The notes under the pieces were generated by a model. The model searched no databases, was not told the origin of the DNA, and saw nothing but the letters and a program-made list of their open reading frames with translations. 64,000 nucleotides of DNA from an uncultured Gammaproteobacteria bacterium (GTDB lineage: Bacteria > Pseudomonadota > Gammaproteobacteria > UBA9214). Positions 40,391-53,200 of this stretch are shown here, piece by piece; within the stretch, counting starts at the first letter, position 1, and each line of letters starts with the position of its first letter. Both the position numbers and the translations under genes were made by a program. The DNA lies in the NCBI GenBank assembly GCA_963827755.1, contig CAWHCQ010000016.1, forward strand, positions 32,001 through 96,000, read 5' to 3'.

Positions 40391-40771
40391 CTACTGGGCT
40401 TTCTTCGCCGCCGGTGCTGCCGGTGCTGCCGGTGCTACCGGCGTATAGCCGTAGCCGCCATAACCGCCATAGCCGGGATAGCCGCCGTAGCCGCCATAAC
40501 CGGGATAACCGCCATAGCCGTAGCCGGGATACCCGCCGTAGCCGCCATAACCGCCATAGCCGGGGTAGCCGCCGTAGCCGTAGCCGGGATAACCGCCGTA
40601 GCCGTAGCCGGGATAACCGCCATAGCCGTAGCCGGGATAACCCCAGGGCCCACCGCCCCACGGACCGCCATAATAATCGTCGTTACCCCACCAGGCACTT
40701 GCTGTACCGGCACCCAGCGTGGCAGCACCGGCAATGATGGCTAGGCTAATAAGCTTGGTAAATTTTTTCAT
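40391..40771 (-). CDS. Sulfur globule protein (SgpA/SgpB-like), Gly-Tyr-Pro repeat exported protein
   Basis: GGAG RBS; signal peptide MKKFTK..TASA followed by WWG..GPWGG, GYPGYGYG repeats and a PAAPAAP tail. Confidence 0.78.
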   Translation of the reverse strand: MKKFTKLISLAIIAGAATLGAGTASAWWGNDDYYGGPWGGGPWGYPGYGYGGYPGYGYGGYPGYGYGGYPGYGGYGGYGGYPGYGYGGYPGYGGYGGYPGYGGYGGYGYTPVAPAAPAAPAAKKAQ

Positions 40772-40923
40772 AGTTGTGTCTCCAAAGTTATCAATAGTCA
40801 CGAATACCGCTGTCCGGCAGGGTTGCCAGCTAACGTGACTACAAGTATAGGCAAATTCCAGCCACCGTCTCCACTCCTCGGCGGGATATAGACGGGTCAA
40901 TCGGGCGCCTATTTTAAGGTTGC

Positions 40924-40937
40924 TTGATCTAGATCAA
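40924..40937. promoter_or_regulatory. FNR/ANR-type binding site TTGAT-N4-ATCAA
   Basis: TTGATCTAGATCAA is an exact consensus match about 150 bp upstream of the sgp start. Confidence 0.7.
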
Positions 40938-41044
40938 ATGGCAGGATCAATCATGACGGACACCCACCCCGGCCGGGGCTTGCCGACGGGCGCCGTAGCA
41001 ATCGATACAGACTGCATCAATTTTTATGCCCGCATTTATTCAAT

Positions 41045-41410
41045 CTATTCCAGGATCAACGCAGCGACGACACGCCGGTCTTCCGACAACAGTACGTTAA
41101 ACGTGCGGCAGGCGGCATCCGTATTCATCACCTCAACGCCGATGCCTTGCCTCTGTAAGCCGACTGGAAAATGCGCGGCAGGGAACTGCTGGCATTTGCC
41201 GGTACCGAGGATAACGATTTCAGGCTGGTAGTCGGCAAGCCGCTCGATATGTTCCAGGGTGATGTCAGCGAAGTGCTGCGGGGTCCATTCAATAATCTCG
41301 TCCGCCGTGATGATCACGCTGTGGCTGATTGTTCTTTCCTTGATGATGATCTCGCCCTGCCGGTAGGCCTGGATCAGGTTGCCGTCTGCTGAATCCTGTG
41401 CAAAGCGCAT
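41045..41410 (-). CDS. Mth938-like domain protein
   Basis: PEIVILGTG, GIGVEVMNTDAACRTFNVLLSEDRRV. Confidence 0.92.
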   Translation of the reverse strand: MRFAQDSADGNLIQAYRQGEIIIKERTISHSVIITADEIIEWTPQHFADITLEHIERLADYQPEIVILGTGKCQQFPAAHFPVGLQRQGIGVEVMNTDAACRTFNVLLSEDRRVVAALILE

Positions 41411-41593
41411 GGGGCAAAGATACGCAGGCCGGCCCGGGGTGACAAGCGGAATCCGTGTTCTCCTACAGACGAACCCTGGCAGGGAAAATAAGCTGGGGGC
41501 ATGAGTGCGCTTTACCCGGGGTATGTTTCACCCTGGTAAACATGGAATCACGGACGAAAGGTTTTAACAGCAGGATTGCCAGGGAGTGGCCAG

Positions 41594-44500
41594 ATGAAAT
41601 TATTGGATATAACGTCTTGTTTCAGAGTTGTAATACCTGCAAGTGCCGGGGGCAAAATACAGGTTTGCCGCTGTTCTCATTCTTCCCTGTTGAAAAAAGT
41701 GCAGCGAACAGACTTCAGGTATCTGTTTACAGGCCTGCTGGTCCTGGCCGGTGTGTATACCGCTTGCGTCCAGGCATCGATTACCACGGCGTACTATGTA
41801 CTTGATGCGGATTTTTCTCATGCTGAAGCGAGCGTGATAAGCCTTGAGGATGGCAACGTGATTAGTGCAGGAAGTACACAGCTGTACCTCGATCAGGGAG
41901 AATCCGGTGTCATACCGGTCGCTGATCTTGTGCAGGGTACAAAGGTTGAAGGAACGGGGGCCTTTACCCTGGGAAATTCCGTTAATGGTACGGACCTGCC
42001 AAATCCGGGTAACTTTGCCGGTAGCCTTTTCTCGATTCCACATAAAAGCGGTAGTCATCGTTACCTGTTATTGAGCCCGGATGAAAATGCAAAGGTGACC
42101 ATCAGGCTCAATGGCGACACGACAACCAGTACATTAAACGCGGGGCAGGTCCATACACTGGAGATCGGTGACAGTAACGGCAGAAACAAATCAGGTGTCA
42201 TTATCTCGAACATACCGATTCTGGTGCAGCACAAGGGCTATGAGGGTGACGATGCCCGCTATTCTTACCCTGTCCCGCCTGCGGCTCTGGAGGCATGGGG
42301 CTTTCGTTCGAAAAGGATCCTGGTGGGTGCACCCGGAGAACAGGGTGCAGATATTGACCTGTATGCAAGTGACGGCGATTCCACCGGTAAATCAATCAGC
42401 GGCAACGAATGGAAGGAGATTAGCGTAGGTGATAGTGAGTCCGAGGGCCGGGGTGATGCCGTTCACATCATTTCCAGTCAGCCGGTATCGGCGGTTCAAT
42501 ACGATGACGGTGATGGCAATGAAGCGACGGCCTTTTTCAGCAGCGACTACCTGGCTACCCATTACGTCTTGCCCGTCGCTTCCCAGTATGTGGCCGTATT
42601 GTGCACACAGGCGAATACGGTCATTACCCTCTATGAAGACGCCTCGACCGCTGATGAACGTGTGTGTCACTCGGACGGAACGGTACCGGGCAAGGCCTAT
42701 TTCGGCTCCTCGTCTGATGGTGTGCATATGGCTGCCGGGACACGGATCGAGGCCACAAAACCTGTTTATCTGATCTACGAAGATGCCGGCACGAATGATG
42801 AAAAGAATTTACTGGGATTCGATCTCCGGGGTCCGGAAATTACTGTTGTTAATCCGGGCGACCAGGGGCACCTCGAAACACGTGATGTTTTGCTGCAAAT
42901 AAAAGCAGCCAGCAGTGAAGAATACCCGCTCGTCTACAGTGCCACCGGTCTACCGCCCGGTCTTGCCATCGATCCGGATTCAGGGCTTGTAAGCGGTCAG
43001 GTACTCGCGGGTGCGGCTGGAAGCCATTCTGTGACCATCACCGTCGATGACGGAATAGCCGAGGCCAGTGTTTCATTTCAGTGGACAGTCACGGGCGGAA
43101 ACATCGGCATCGAGACGATTATTCGCTCCGGCGACTCCTGGAAATACCTGGACGATGGCACAAATCAGGGCGCGCAGTGGCGTGATCCGGCAGCGGATGA
43201 CAGCACCTGGCGGGAGGGCCCTTCACAGCTTGGATTTGGTGAAGGGGACGAGGCCACGGTCGTCAGTTATGGCGGTGATGCGGACCATAAAAATATCACG
43301 ACCTATTTCCGGAAGGAATTTGTCCTGGCAGACAGCAAGCTGGCAACCGATCTCGCACTGCGCCTGATGCGGGACGATGGTGCCGTCGTGTATTTGAACG
43401 GTCATGAAGTGCTGCGTTCGAATATGTCCAATGGGACTATCGATTATAGGGACCGTGCATCGGAGCGGGTAAACAAGACACGCGACAGGGATATCAGCAG
43501 AAAAGAGAATATCTTTCTCGATTATTTTATCGATCCTGCCTGGCTGGTTGACGGGGTCAATCTGCTCGCTGTTGAAGTGCACCTGTACAAGGACAAAAGC
43601 AGTGACCTGAGTTTTGACCTGGAACTGAGTGCCGGTATCGACCTGATCGAGGATATTATTCCTCCTGCTACGCTCAACCCGGGGATGATTTCGTTCAGTA
43701 CCTCCCGGGGTAACATGGTTATTACCGGCCAGGCGGGCGCTGCCGAGGCGTTTGCGCGTATTACGATAGCCACGGCCACCGGCGAGACGGTCACCGCGGT
43801 GGCCAATGCCGATGGCAGTTTCAGGGTAATGCTCGGTACCGATACAGGCGAGAATGTATCGATCACCCTGGCGGATCGTCATGGCAACACGGGCGAGTCG
43901 ATCAATATGACTGCAGTGGGCAGCACCGCCGGCTCGTTTGACGTCAGCCCGCAAGGTGCGGGCACCTATACCCTGCCGTTGACTATTCCACCGGGTATAT
44001 CAGGCATGCAGCCAGCTTTGTCACTGGCCTATAACAGCCAGGCCGGTAGTGGCTTGCTTGGACCAGGCTGGTCACTGCAAGGCCTGTCTGCCATCAGCCG
44101 CTGTGGTGCCACCCGGGTACAGGATGGTTTTATTGACGGTGTCGATTTCGATGCCAATGACCGCTATTGCCTGGATGGACAGCGGCTGATCGCAGTCAGC
44201 GGTGCTTACGGGGCGAACCTGACCGAGTACCGTACCGAGATCGACAGTTTTTCAAAGATCGTTTCCTATACAGAAGCGGGTAGTGCGGGCGTGGCGTATT
44301 TCCGTGTCTGGACCAAAGCAGGACAAGTGCTGGAATATGGACGGAGCACCGATTCACGCATAGAGGCCACCAGCCGCAGTGATAATGCGGTGCTGATCTG
44401 GGCGGTGAACCGTATCGAAGACACGGTCGGCAACTACATCACCACGACCTATAGTGAGAATAGCCAGAGTGGTGAGTATTATCCGCTGCGCATTGACTAT

Positions 44501-47500
44501 ACGGGTAATGAGCATGCCGGCATGGCCCCGCTGGCATCGGTGTCTTTTGCATACTCTTACAAGCCTGCAACGAAGGGCTATATGGCCGGCTCTTCCATTG
44601 AGTCGAGCAAAGTCATGTCCGGAATCTCCACGCAGGTCGGGTCGGCTGTCGTCCGCAATTACAATTTTACTTACCGGGCAGGCACAGCAACAGGCAGGAA
44701 GCGGCTGGCGTCCATTCAGGAATGCAGTCCGACCGCCTGTTTGCCTGCCCACGTATTTGGCTGGCAGGACATGGCCGGTACCGGTTTCAATGCTGTTACA
44801 GCTTCAAGTCACAATGGCACGGGGTTTGCCACGCGTACAGCATGGACAGATGTGAATGGTGACGGCCTGGTCGACTGGGTGCGTGCCGGCTCTTCGGCGA
44901 TCCAGGTCCGGCTGTCAAGGGGCGATGGCAGCTTCGGCTCAATGATTGGTTCGGCGCACGGTAAAAGCTACCAGGACAGCCATGTCTCATGGGTGGATGT
45001 CAATGGTGATGGCCTGGCTGACTGGGTCCGCGCCGGTGCCACTTCCACAAAGGTCCGGCTCTCAAAGGGTGATGGAAGTTTTGGACAAATCATTGAGTCG
45101 GCACACGGTGAGAACTATCAGGACAGCCGTGTCTCGTGGGCGGATGTCAATGGCGATGGTCTGGCTGACTGGGTTCGTGCCGGTACCTCTTTCACAAAGG
45201 TCCGGCTGTCCAGGGGTGACGGGACTTTCGGCGCCATGATTAATTCGGCACACGGTGCGAGCAACCAGTACTCCGAAGTTTCATGGGCAGATATTAATGG
45301 CGATGGCCTGGCTGACTGGGTCCGTGCCGGTTTTGACCGCACAAAGGCGCGGTTATCAAACGGTGATGGAGGTTTCGGACCGATGATTGATTCAGTGCAT
45401 GGTGAAAATTACCAGTATTCCCGGGTAGCGTGGGCTGATATTAATGGTGATGGCCTGGCTGACTGGGTCCGTGCCGGTAGTGACCGCACCAGGGCACGTT
45501 TATCAAAGGGTGACGGGACATTCGGCCCGATGACTGATTCAGCACATGGTGCATCCAGCCTGGATAGCCGTGTCTCCTGGGTAGATATCAACGCCGATGG
45601 CCTGGCCGACTGGGTCAGGGCAGGCGCTGACCGGACACAGGTCCGGTTGTCCAGGGGTGATGGCAGCTTCGGCGTGTTAGCAGAGTCCTTGCATGGCCCC
45701 GACCTGTACACCGATGTTTCCTGGGTGGACATCAATGGTGACGGCCTGGCTGACTGGGTGCGTTCAGGTTCTGCGGAAATCCAGGCGCGCCTGCATGCCG
45801 GTGTGCGCCCCGACCTGATCGACAGCATTAACAAATGGCGCGGGTCTTCAATACCATCTGGCATATATGCCCCTGACGGATAATACGGTCTATACGAAAC
45901 ACACCGGGGCTCGCTATCCGCTTGTGGATGTCGCGGCACCCTTGTACGTCGTAGCTTCTTCCTCGGCCCCGGACGGACTCGGTGGATTGTATGCCACGGC
46001 CTATCAATACGCAGGCCTGAAGGTGGATTTGTCAGGCCGCGGGATGCTCGGGTTCGCAAAGACCACCGCGATAGACAAACAGACAGGGATTGTTACGGAT
46101 ACGCATTATTCACAGGATTTCCCGCATGTCGGTATGGTGCTGCGCAGTGAGACATCGCTGCATGGCAAACTACTGTCCGGGGTTAGCAATACGCTGGACA
46201 GCTTTATAACTGCTTCGTCGAGCGTATATTTCCCGCATCTGGCCAGCAGTGCCAAAAGTACTTTCGAGTTACCCGGTGGTGCGGACAACCTGGTAATGAC
46301 GGTCATAACCTCTAATGCCTATGATGCGTCCGGTGAAGGATTGTGGGGAAATGCCGGCCGCGTGACGGTGACGACCACTGCAGGCGCCGGGAATTATGTC
46401 AGGGACACGGTCAATCACTATCAACCTGCCGATACCGTGAACTGGTACCTGGGCCGCCTCGATTTGTCGACTGTAGCACCATTCCGTGAATGGTGGTGTG
46501 CCGGAATCACGCAAGTCGGCCTTTGAATACGATACCGTGACGGGTTTATTATCCGCGGAAATTATCGAGCCGGACAGGGCGGAGCTTGCCTTGCGCACTG
46601 AATACATTTATGACGTCTTCGGACGCAAGGCCGTCACCACGGTGCGTGATTCCGCTGCGGCAACCCACGGTATTGCTGCGCGCAGTTCCAGCAGCATGTA
46701 TACGCCGGCAGGTGTGGCGGACCCGGCCAGGCCTTTCGATGCACGGCTGGTGAATACCAATGCGCTGGGTCACACAGAGACGCAATGGATTGATACCCGT
46801 TACGGCAGGGTCGTCAGCCTGACCGGCCCGAACGGTCTGGCTACCTTTCGGGAGCATGATGATTTCGGTCGCAAGATCCGTGAAGACCGGGCAGACGGCA
46901 CCTTTACAGCCTGGAGCTTCAGCTGGTGCGGTGCCCACTGTGCCAATGGCGGCACGGCCGTAACGGTTGAGACATCCGGTTCCGTACCCGTAACCACCTA
47001 TTCAGATTTTCTCGGCCGTGAGCTGCGTACCGCCAGCCGCGGACTGAAGGGGTCTGCCATTTATAAAGACACCCGCTACAACAGCCTGGGGCAGGTGACC
47101 GGGGTTACCCGGCCCTACTATGCAGGCGCTGCCGTCTACTGGACAAATTATGTCCATGACGTACTCGGACGGGTCAGGGAAGAGCGCAGTCCGGACAATG
47201 GCCGCATAACGACTACATACAATGGTTTGTCTGCCACGGTGCGTCGCTTTGACCTGGCTGGTTCATATGACCAGCGCGTGACCCGTATCAGGAATGTGCA
47301 GGGCAAGCTCGGGGAAATGATCGATGAAGGTCGCGCGCATACACGCTACGACTACGATCCGCCGGGGAACCTTGTCAAGGTGACGGACTCAGCCGGTAAC
47401 GTTACTACCATGGAGTACGATGATCGTGATCGCAAGACAGGAATGCATGACCCTGACATGGGTGCATGGACTTATCAATACGATGCGGTCAGCCAGTTGC

Positions 47501-49818
47501 GGCAACAAAAAGATGCCAGGCTGCAGGTCACGCGCATGGATTACGACCGGCTCGGCCGAATGACCCGGCGCAGTGAAATCGAAGGCATCAGTCGCTGGAA
47601 CTATGACACGGCAGCAAATGGTGTTGGCAAACTGGCAAGCATCACCAACGGTGCGAATGGTTACAAACGCAGCCTTGTCTATGACAGCCTCGGCAGGCTT
47701 GCGTCCGATACCAGCCATATCGATGCTGAAACATTTACCATGGGCTATTCCTATGACAGTCAAGGTCGCCGTGAGCTGACAACCTACCCGACAGGCTTCC
47801 AGGTGCGCAATGTCTATGCCGCCAGCGGTCATTTACTTGAGGTCCGCAATGCCGCGAATGACAAGATCTACTGGCAAGTGGATGAAATCAACGCCGAAGG
47901 CAAGGTGACCGAATCATTTCTGGGTAACGGGCTGCAGACGTGGCATGTCTATGATGCTGCCAGTGGATTTGTACAGGCGATCAACAGCGGTACTGTTTTT
48001 GGTAACAATGTTCAGCAGCTGACCTATCAATTCGACCCGCTGGGGAACCTGAGGCAACGCAGGGACCTTAACCAGGATGTCAATGAACTGCCACTGACGG
48101 AGACCTTTGCCTATGACGGCCGCAACCGTTTAATGAGCGCAAACATTGCCGGCGTGGGCAGTCGCAGCTACGGTTACGATGCCCTGGGTAATATCAGGCA
48201 GAAATCCGATTACGGTAGCGACTACACCTATGGCGCAGGCACGGCTGGACCGCATGCCGTCACGAAGGTCAGGGACGGTGGTATTGAGCAGGCAACCTAT
48301 GCCTATGACCCGAACGGTAACATGACCAGCGGGGCAGGACGCACCATCAGCTGGAGCTCATTCAACAAGGCAACACGGATCAGCAAGGGGGGCACTACCG
48401 TAATCTTTGACTATGACGCTGATCACAACCGCATCAAGCAGGTCAAGGGCGATCATACGACGTACTATCTGAGTCCGCGTATCGACGCCGGAGCGCATTA
48501 TGAAAAGGAAATCGACGGGTTGCTGATCGAACACAAGCACTACATCTATGCCGCCGGGAAAACCATTGCAATACACACAACAAAAAGCGATAACACGGCA
48601 AAGACCCGCTACCTGCACAAGGACCACCTCGGTTCGACCGACGTGATCACCGATGAGAACGGCAAGGTGGTCGAGCGGATGAGCTTCGAAGCCTTTGGCA
48701 GTCGCCGCAATATCGACTGGAGTTCAGCCGCCGGTGTCGTCGCAGCCATAGAATCCCATCACGGCTTTACCGGCCATGAGCAGCTCGATGACGTCGGCAT
48801 CATCCACATGAACGGCCGCTTGTATGATCCGCAACTGGGGCGCTTCCTCAGTCCTGATATTCAGGTTCAATACCCGGAGAACAGCCAGTCGTTCAACCGG
48901 TACAGCTATGTTAATAACAACCCGCTTTCATATACAGACCCGAGCGGCTACGGGTTTTTCAGCAAACTGTGGAAGGGGGTAAAGAAAGTATTCAAAAACA
49001 AGGTGTTTCGAATCGCCGTTGCCGTGGTTGCGGCATACTTTACCTTTAATCTGGCATCAGGCTGGGCGTGGGCCGCTCACGCATCTACCCAGGCGGGTGT
49101 AGCGAGCGCGGGTGCATACATCACTGCAGGAATTGCCGGAGGCGCCGCCAGCGGGTTTGTAGCGGGTGGAATATTAACCGGCAGTTTAACAGGGGCGGCA
49201 AGAGGTGCAGTCGCTGGTGCAATATTTGGCGGGATTGGAGGTGCCTATGGGAATGTATGGAATGCGCAAAGGGTGGCTTCAAATAGTCTGGCCGGGGGGG
49301 TGGGCAGTGAGATTAATGGTGGAAGTTTCAAGGACGGGTTCAGGATATCAATGGTTTTATCATTAATGACATACTCGGCCACTAAAATGAGACAAGTTAT
49401 GGTCGCACAGTCAAAATTAGATCCACGCAATGCCAGTGGTAAAAGTGTTGGCTACAAGGGGGATAGTTTTAAGTTGGCTGGTAGCCGATATAATCCCCAG
49501 CATGGTCTGGGTCAGGTGAGAAGTCCGCTTGGCGGCATTCAAGGACAGCAAGGCAGAATCATGTTCCTGGGTGATTATAGCCCGGGTTCCTGGCAGGATT
49601 ATTTAGGTGAGGCTTACGCAGGTCCGCATGATTACCTCAATAGTAGTTATTGGTATGACGCTATGGGGAATATCAAGTCTGATATGTCATTTATAGAACG
49701 TGGTTTTGGTGAGATGCTGAACTATTCCAATGTAATTGTGGCAACACCATTTGTGATGGCATCTGTTACCCCTGCTTATCTATATCCATTTTTTGATAAT
49801 CGGTTAGCGAACAAATGA
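41594..49818 (+). CDS. Large secreted SpvB/FG-GAP/YD-RHS toxin-like protein (TcB-TcC-like fusion; apparent frameshifts near 45835 and 46480; start may be TTG at 41690)
   Basis: Signal-like segment, Ig-like modules (ATGLPPGLAIDP), SpvB-like PPGISGMQPALSLAYNS, seven DxNGDG repeats, YD repeats, RHS core GFTGHE..MNGRLYDP..GRFLSPD..NPLSYTDPSG. Confidence 0.85.
44843..45790 (+). repeat. Seven 147-bp (49-aa) intragenic FG-GAP/VCBS-like repeats
   Basis: WxD[VI]N[GA]DGL[AV]DWVR[AS]G recurs from 44843 and 44990 to 45722. Confidence 0.9.
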
Positions 49819-50129
49819 AAGCGTCTGCTTTAAAGATGTCTATAGTTTTTTTGCTGCTACAAGAGCTGGCGGGTTGTGTCTCAACCGTGGATGTATCGTC
49901 AATGCTCAATCAATCCATCGGAGAATCCATTGATGTTTTTCGGGGTGGAAAGCCAGCGGAAGTGCGTTCTGGTGAATCTGCGCTGGACGAATATCTGTAT
50001 GGTAGTAACAAGACAGGGTGCAGGGTGGCATTAATTGTGGATAAGCATACGAAGATAATACAAGGTTGGCGCTACCTCAGCGATCCCGGGTTGTGTCGTG
50101 TCAGGAATGAGTTCGGACATGCATGGTGA
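49815..50129 (+). CDS. Small lipoprotein, candidate immunity protein
   Basis: ATGA overlap with the RHS stop; lipobox LAGC; AT-richer than the backbone. Confidence 0.65.
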   Translation: MKASALKMSIVFLLLQELAGCVSTVDVSSMLNQSIGESIDVFRGGKPAEVRSGESALDEYLYGSNKTGCRVALIVDKHTKIIQGWRYLSDPGLCRVRNEFGHAW

Positions 50130-50256
50130 TGATAACCCGGGTCAGGAGAACAGGGTCAGACTGAAATGGCATGTATCTAAAGCTGCACTCATCAGGGATT
50201 TTGCTGACACCGCCGTCATTATGCCCGTTTAAATAATCCAGGCCCCTGGAACTCCC

Positions 50257-50330
50257 GTAGGAGCCAGCTTGCTGGCGAACGGGTCTGGCGCGCCGGTGGG
50301 TATACCCTTCGCCAGCAAGCTGGCTCCTGC
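50257..50330. repeat. GTAG-type REP doublet (REPIN-like)
   Basis: GTAGGAGCCAGCTTGCTGGCGAA ... TTCGCCAGCAAGCTGGCTCCTGC, 23-bp arms with one mismatch. Confidence 0.85.
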
Positions 50331-50538
50331 AGATTTTCTGCCGGAAGAAATCATCCCCGGGCACGATTCCCGTATTTTTTACCAATTGATTCGGCATCCA
50401 TATCAAAGCAAGTGCCATTAGGCTCAGGCCGGGCAACACTATTTTCCCCTTGTTTCCATTAACACTTTTCAGTACCGTTAACGGCCCGAGAATGTTACTG
50501 TAATACGTTCATAAACAACGAAATAACCGGTCAGCAGC

Positions 50539-51747
50539 GTGATTGAAGAATTCGCCCGTATCCAGCGGCTTCCTCCGTATGTTTTCAACATTGTCAATGA
50601 GTTGAAGGCGGCGGCACGGGCGCGCGGGGAAGACATTATCGATTTCGGCATGGGCAACCCCGATCAGCCGACGCCGCAGCATATCGTCGACAAGCTGATC
50701 GAGACGGCCCGGCGGGGCGATACCCACCGTTATTCACTGTCGCGCGGCATACCGCGCTTACGCAAGGCCATCTGTGACTGGTACAAGCGTCGTTATGATG
50801 TGGATCTGGACCCGGACCTCAATGCCATCGTCACCATCGGTTCCAAGGAGGGCCTGGCGCACCTGGCGCTTGCCACCGTCGGGCCGGGCGATGCAGTGCT
50901 GGTGCCGAACCCGGCCTACCCGATACATCCCTATGGATTTGCGATTGCCGGTGCGGACATCCGCCACGTGCCGTTGCGCCCGGATGTGGATTTTTTTGTC
51001 GAACTGGAGAAGGCCATCAAGGATTCCTGGCCGCGTCCGAAGATGCTGGTGCTGAATTTTCCCGGCAACCCGACCACGCAGTGTGTCGAGCTTGATTTTT
51101 ATGAAAAGGTCGTGGCGATCGCGAAGGAGCACGAGATCTGGGTGATACAGGACCTGGCGTATGCCGATATCGTGTTCGACGGCTACAAGGCGCCCTCCAT
51201 TCTGCAGGTCGAAGGCGCCATCGATGTGGCGGTCGAGTTTTTCTCGCTGTCCAAGAGTTACAATATGCCCGGTTGGCGTGTCGGTTTCATGTGCGGCAAT
51301 AAAACACTGGTTGCAGCGCTGGCGCGGATCAAGTCCTATCTCGATTACGGCATGTTCACGCCTATCCAGGTGGCGGCCATTACCGCGCTTGAAGGGCCGC
51401 AGGACTGTGTACACGAGATCGCACAGATGTACCGGGAGCGACGCGATGCCCTGTGTGAGGGACTGAACTCGCTGGGCTGGCCGGTCGAGAAGCCGAAGGC
51501 CACGATGTTCGTCTGGGCGCGTATCCCCGAGGCGTATCGGGAAATGGGGTCGCTGGAATTTACCAAGAAGCTGTTAAGTGACGCCAAGGTTGCCGTGTCG
51601 CCCGGTATCGGGTTCGGTTCCTATGGCGATGATTATGTCAGGTTCGGTCTGATCGAGAATCCTCATCGGACCCGTCAGGCGATTCGCTGCATTCGGGACA
51701 TGTTCCGCAGCGATCTCGACCAGGCAAACGTTTCCTCGGGAGGATAA
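50539..51747 (+). CDS. alaC: Alanine transaminase AlaC
   Basis: [33 protein letters not shown]. Confidence 0.93.
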   Translation: MIEEFARIQRLPPYVFNIVNELKAAARARGEDIIDFGMGNPDQPTPQHIVDKLIETARRGDTHRYSLSRGIPRLRKAICDWYKRRYDVDLDPDLNAIVTIGSKEGLAHLALATVGPGDAVLVPNPAYPIHPYGFAIAGADIRHVPLRPDVDFFVELEKAIKDSWPRPKMLVLNFPGNPTTQCVELDFYEKVVAIAKEHEIWVIQDLAYADIVFDGYKAPSILQVEGAIDVAVEFFSLSKSYNMPGWRVGFMCGNKTLVAALARIKSYLDYGMFTPIQVAAITALEGPQDCVHEIAQMYRERRDALCEGLNSLGWPVEKPKATMFVWARIPEAYREMGSLEFTKKLLSDAKVAVSPGIGFGSYGDDYVRFGLIENPHRTRQAIRCIRDMFRSDLDQANVSSGG

Positions 51748-51751
51748 ATCA

Positions 51752-53068
<1,317 letters not shown>

Positions 53069-53113
53069 ACAGCTGATCGGCAACGTCGTTTATACTCCTT
53101 TGCATTGATATAC

Positions 53114-53143
53114 GTAGGACGGGTAAAGCGCAGCGTACCCGTC
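53114..53143 (+). repeat. Single GTAG-type REP hairpin
   Basis: GTAGGACGGGTAAAGCGCAGCGTACCCGTC between hom and thrC. Confidence 0.65.
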
Positions 53144-53200
53144 ATGATGTGTATGGAACAAAACTTTTACCTATTTGAATCACTTTTCAGGATTAACCAA

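Noticed and set aside
40218-40737. Arg/Leu- and Arg/Ser-rich ORFs overlapping sgp
   Set aside because: Alternative frames of the Gly-Tyr-Pro repeat; only the sgp frame has an RBS and a signal peptide
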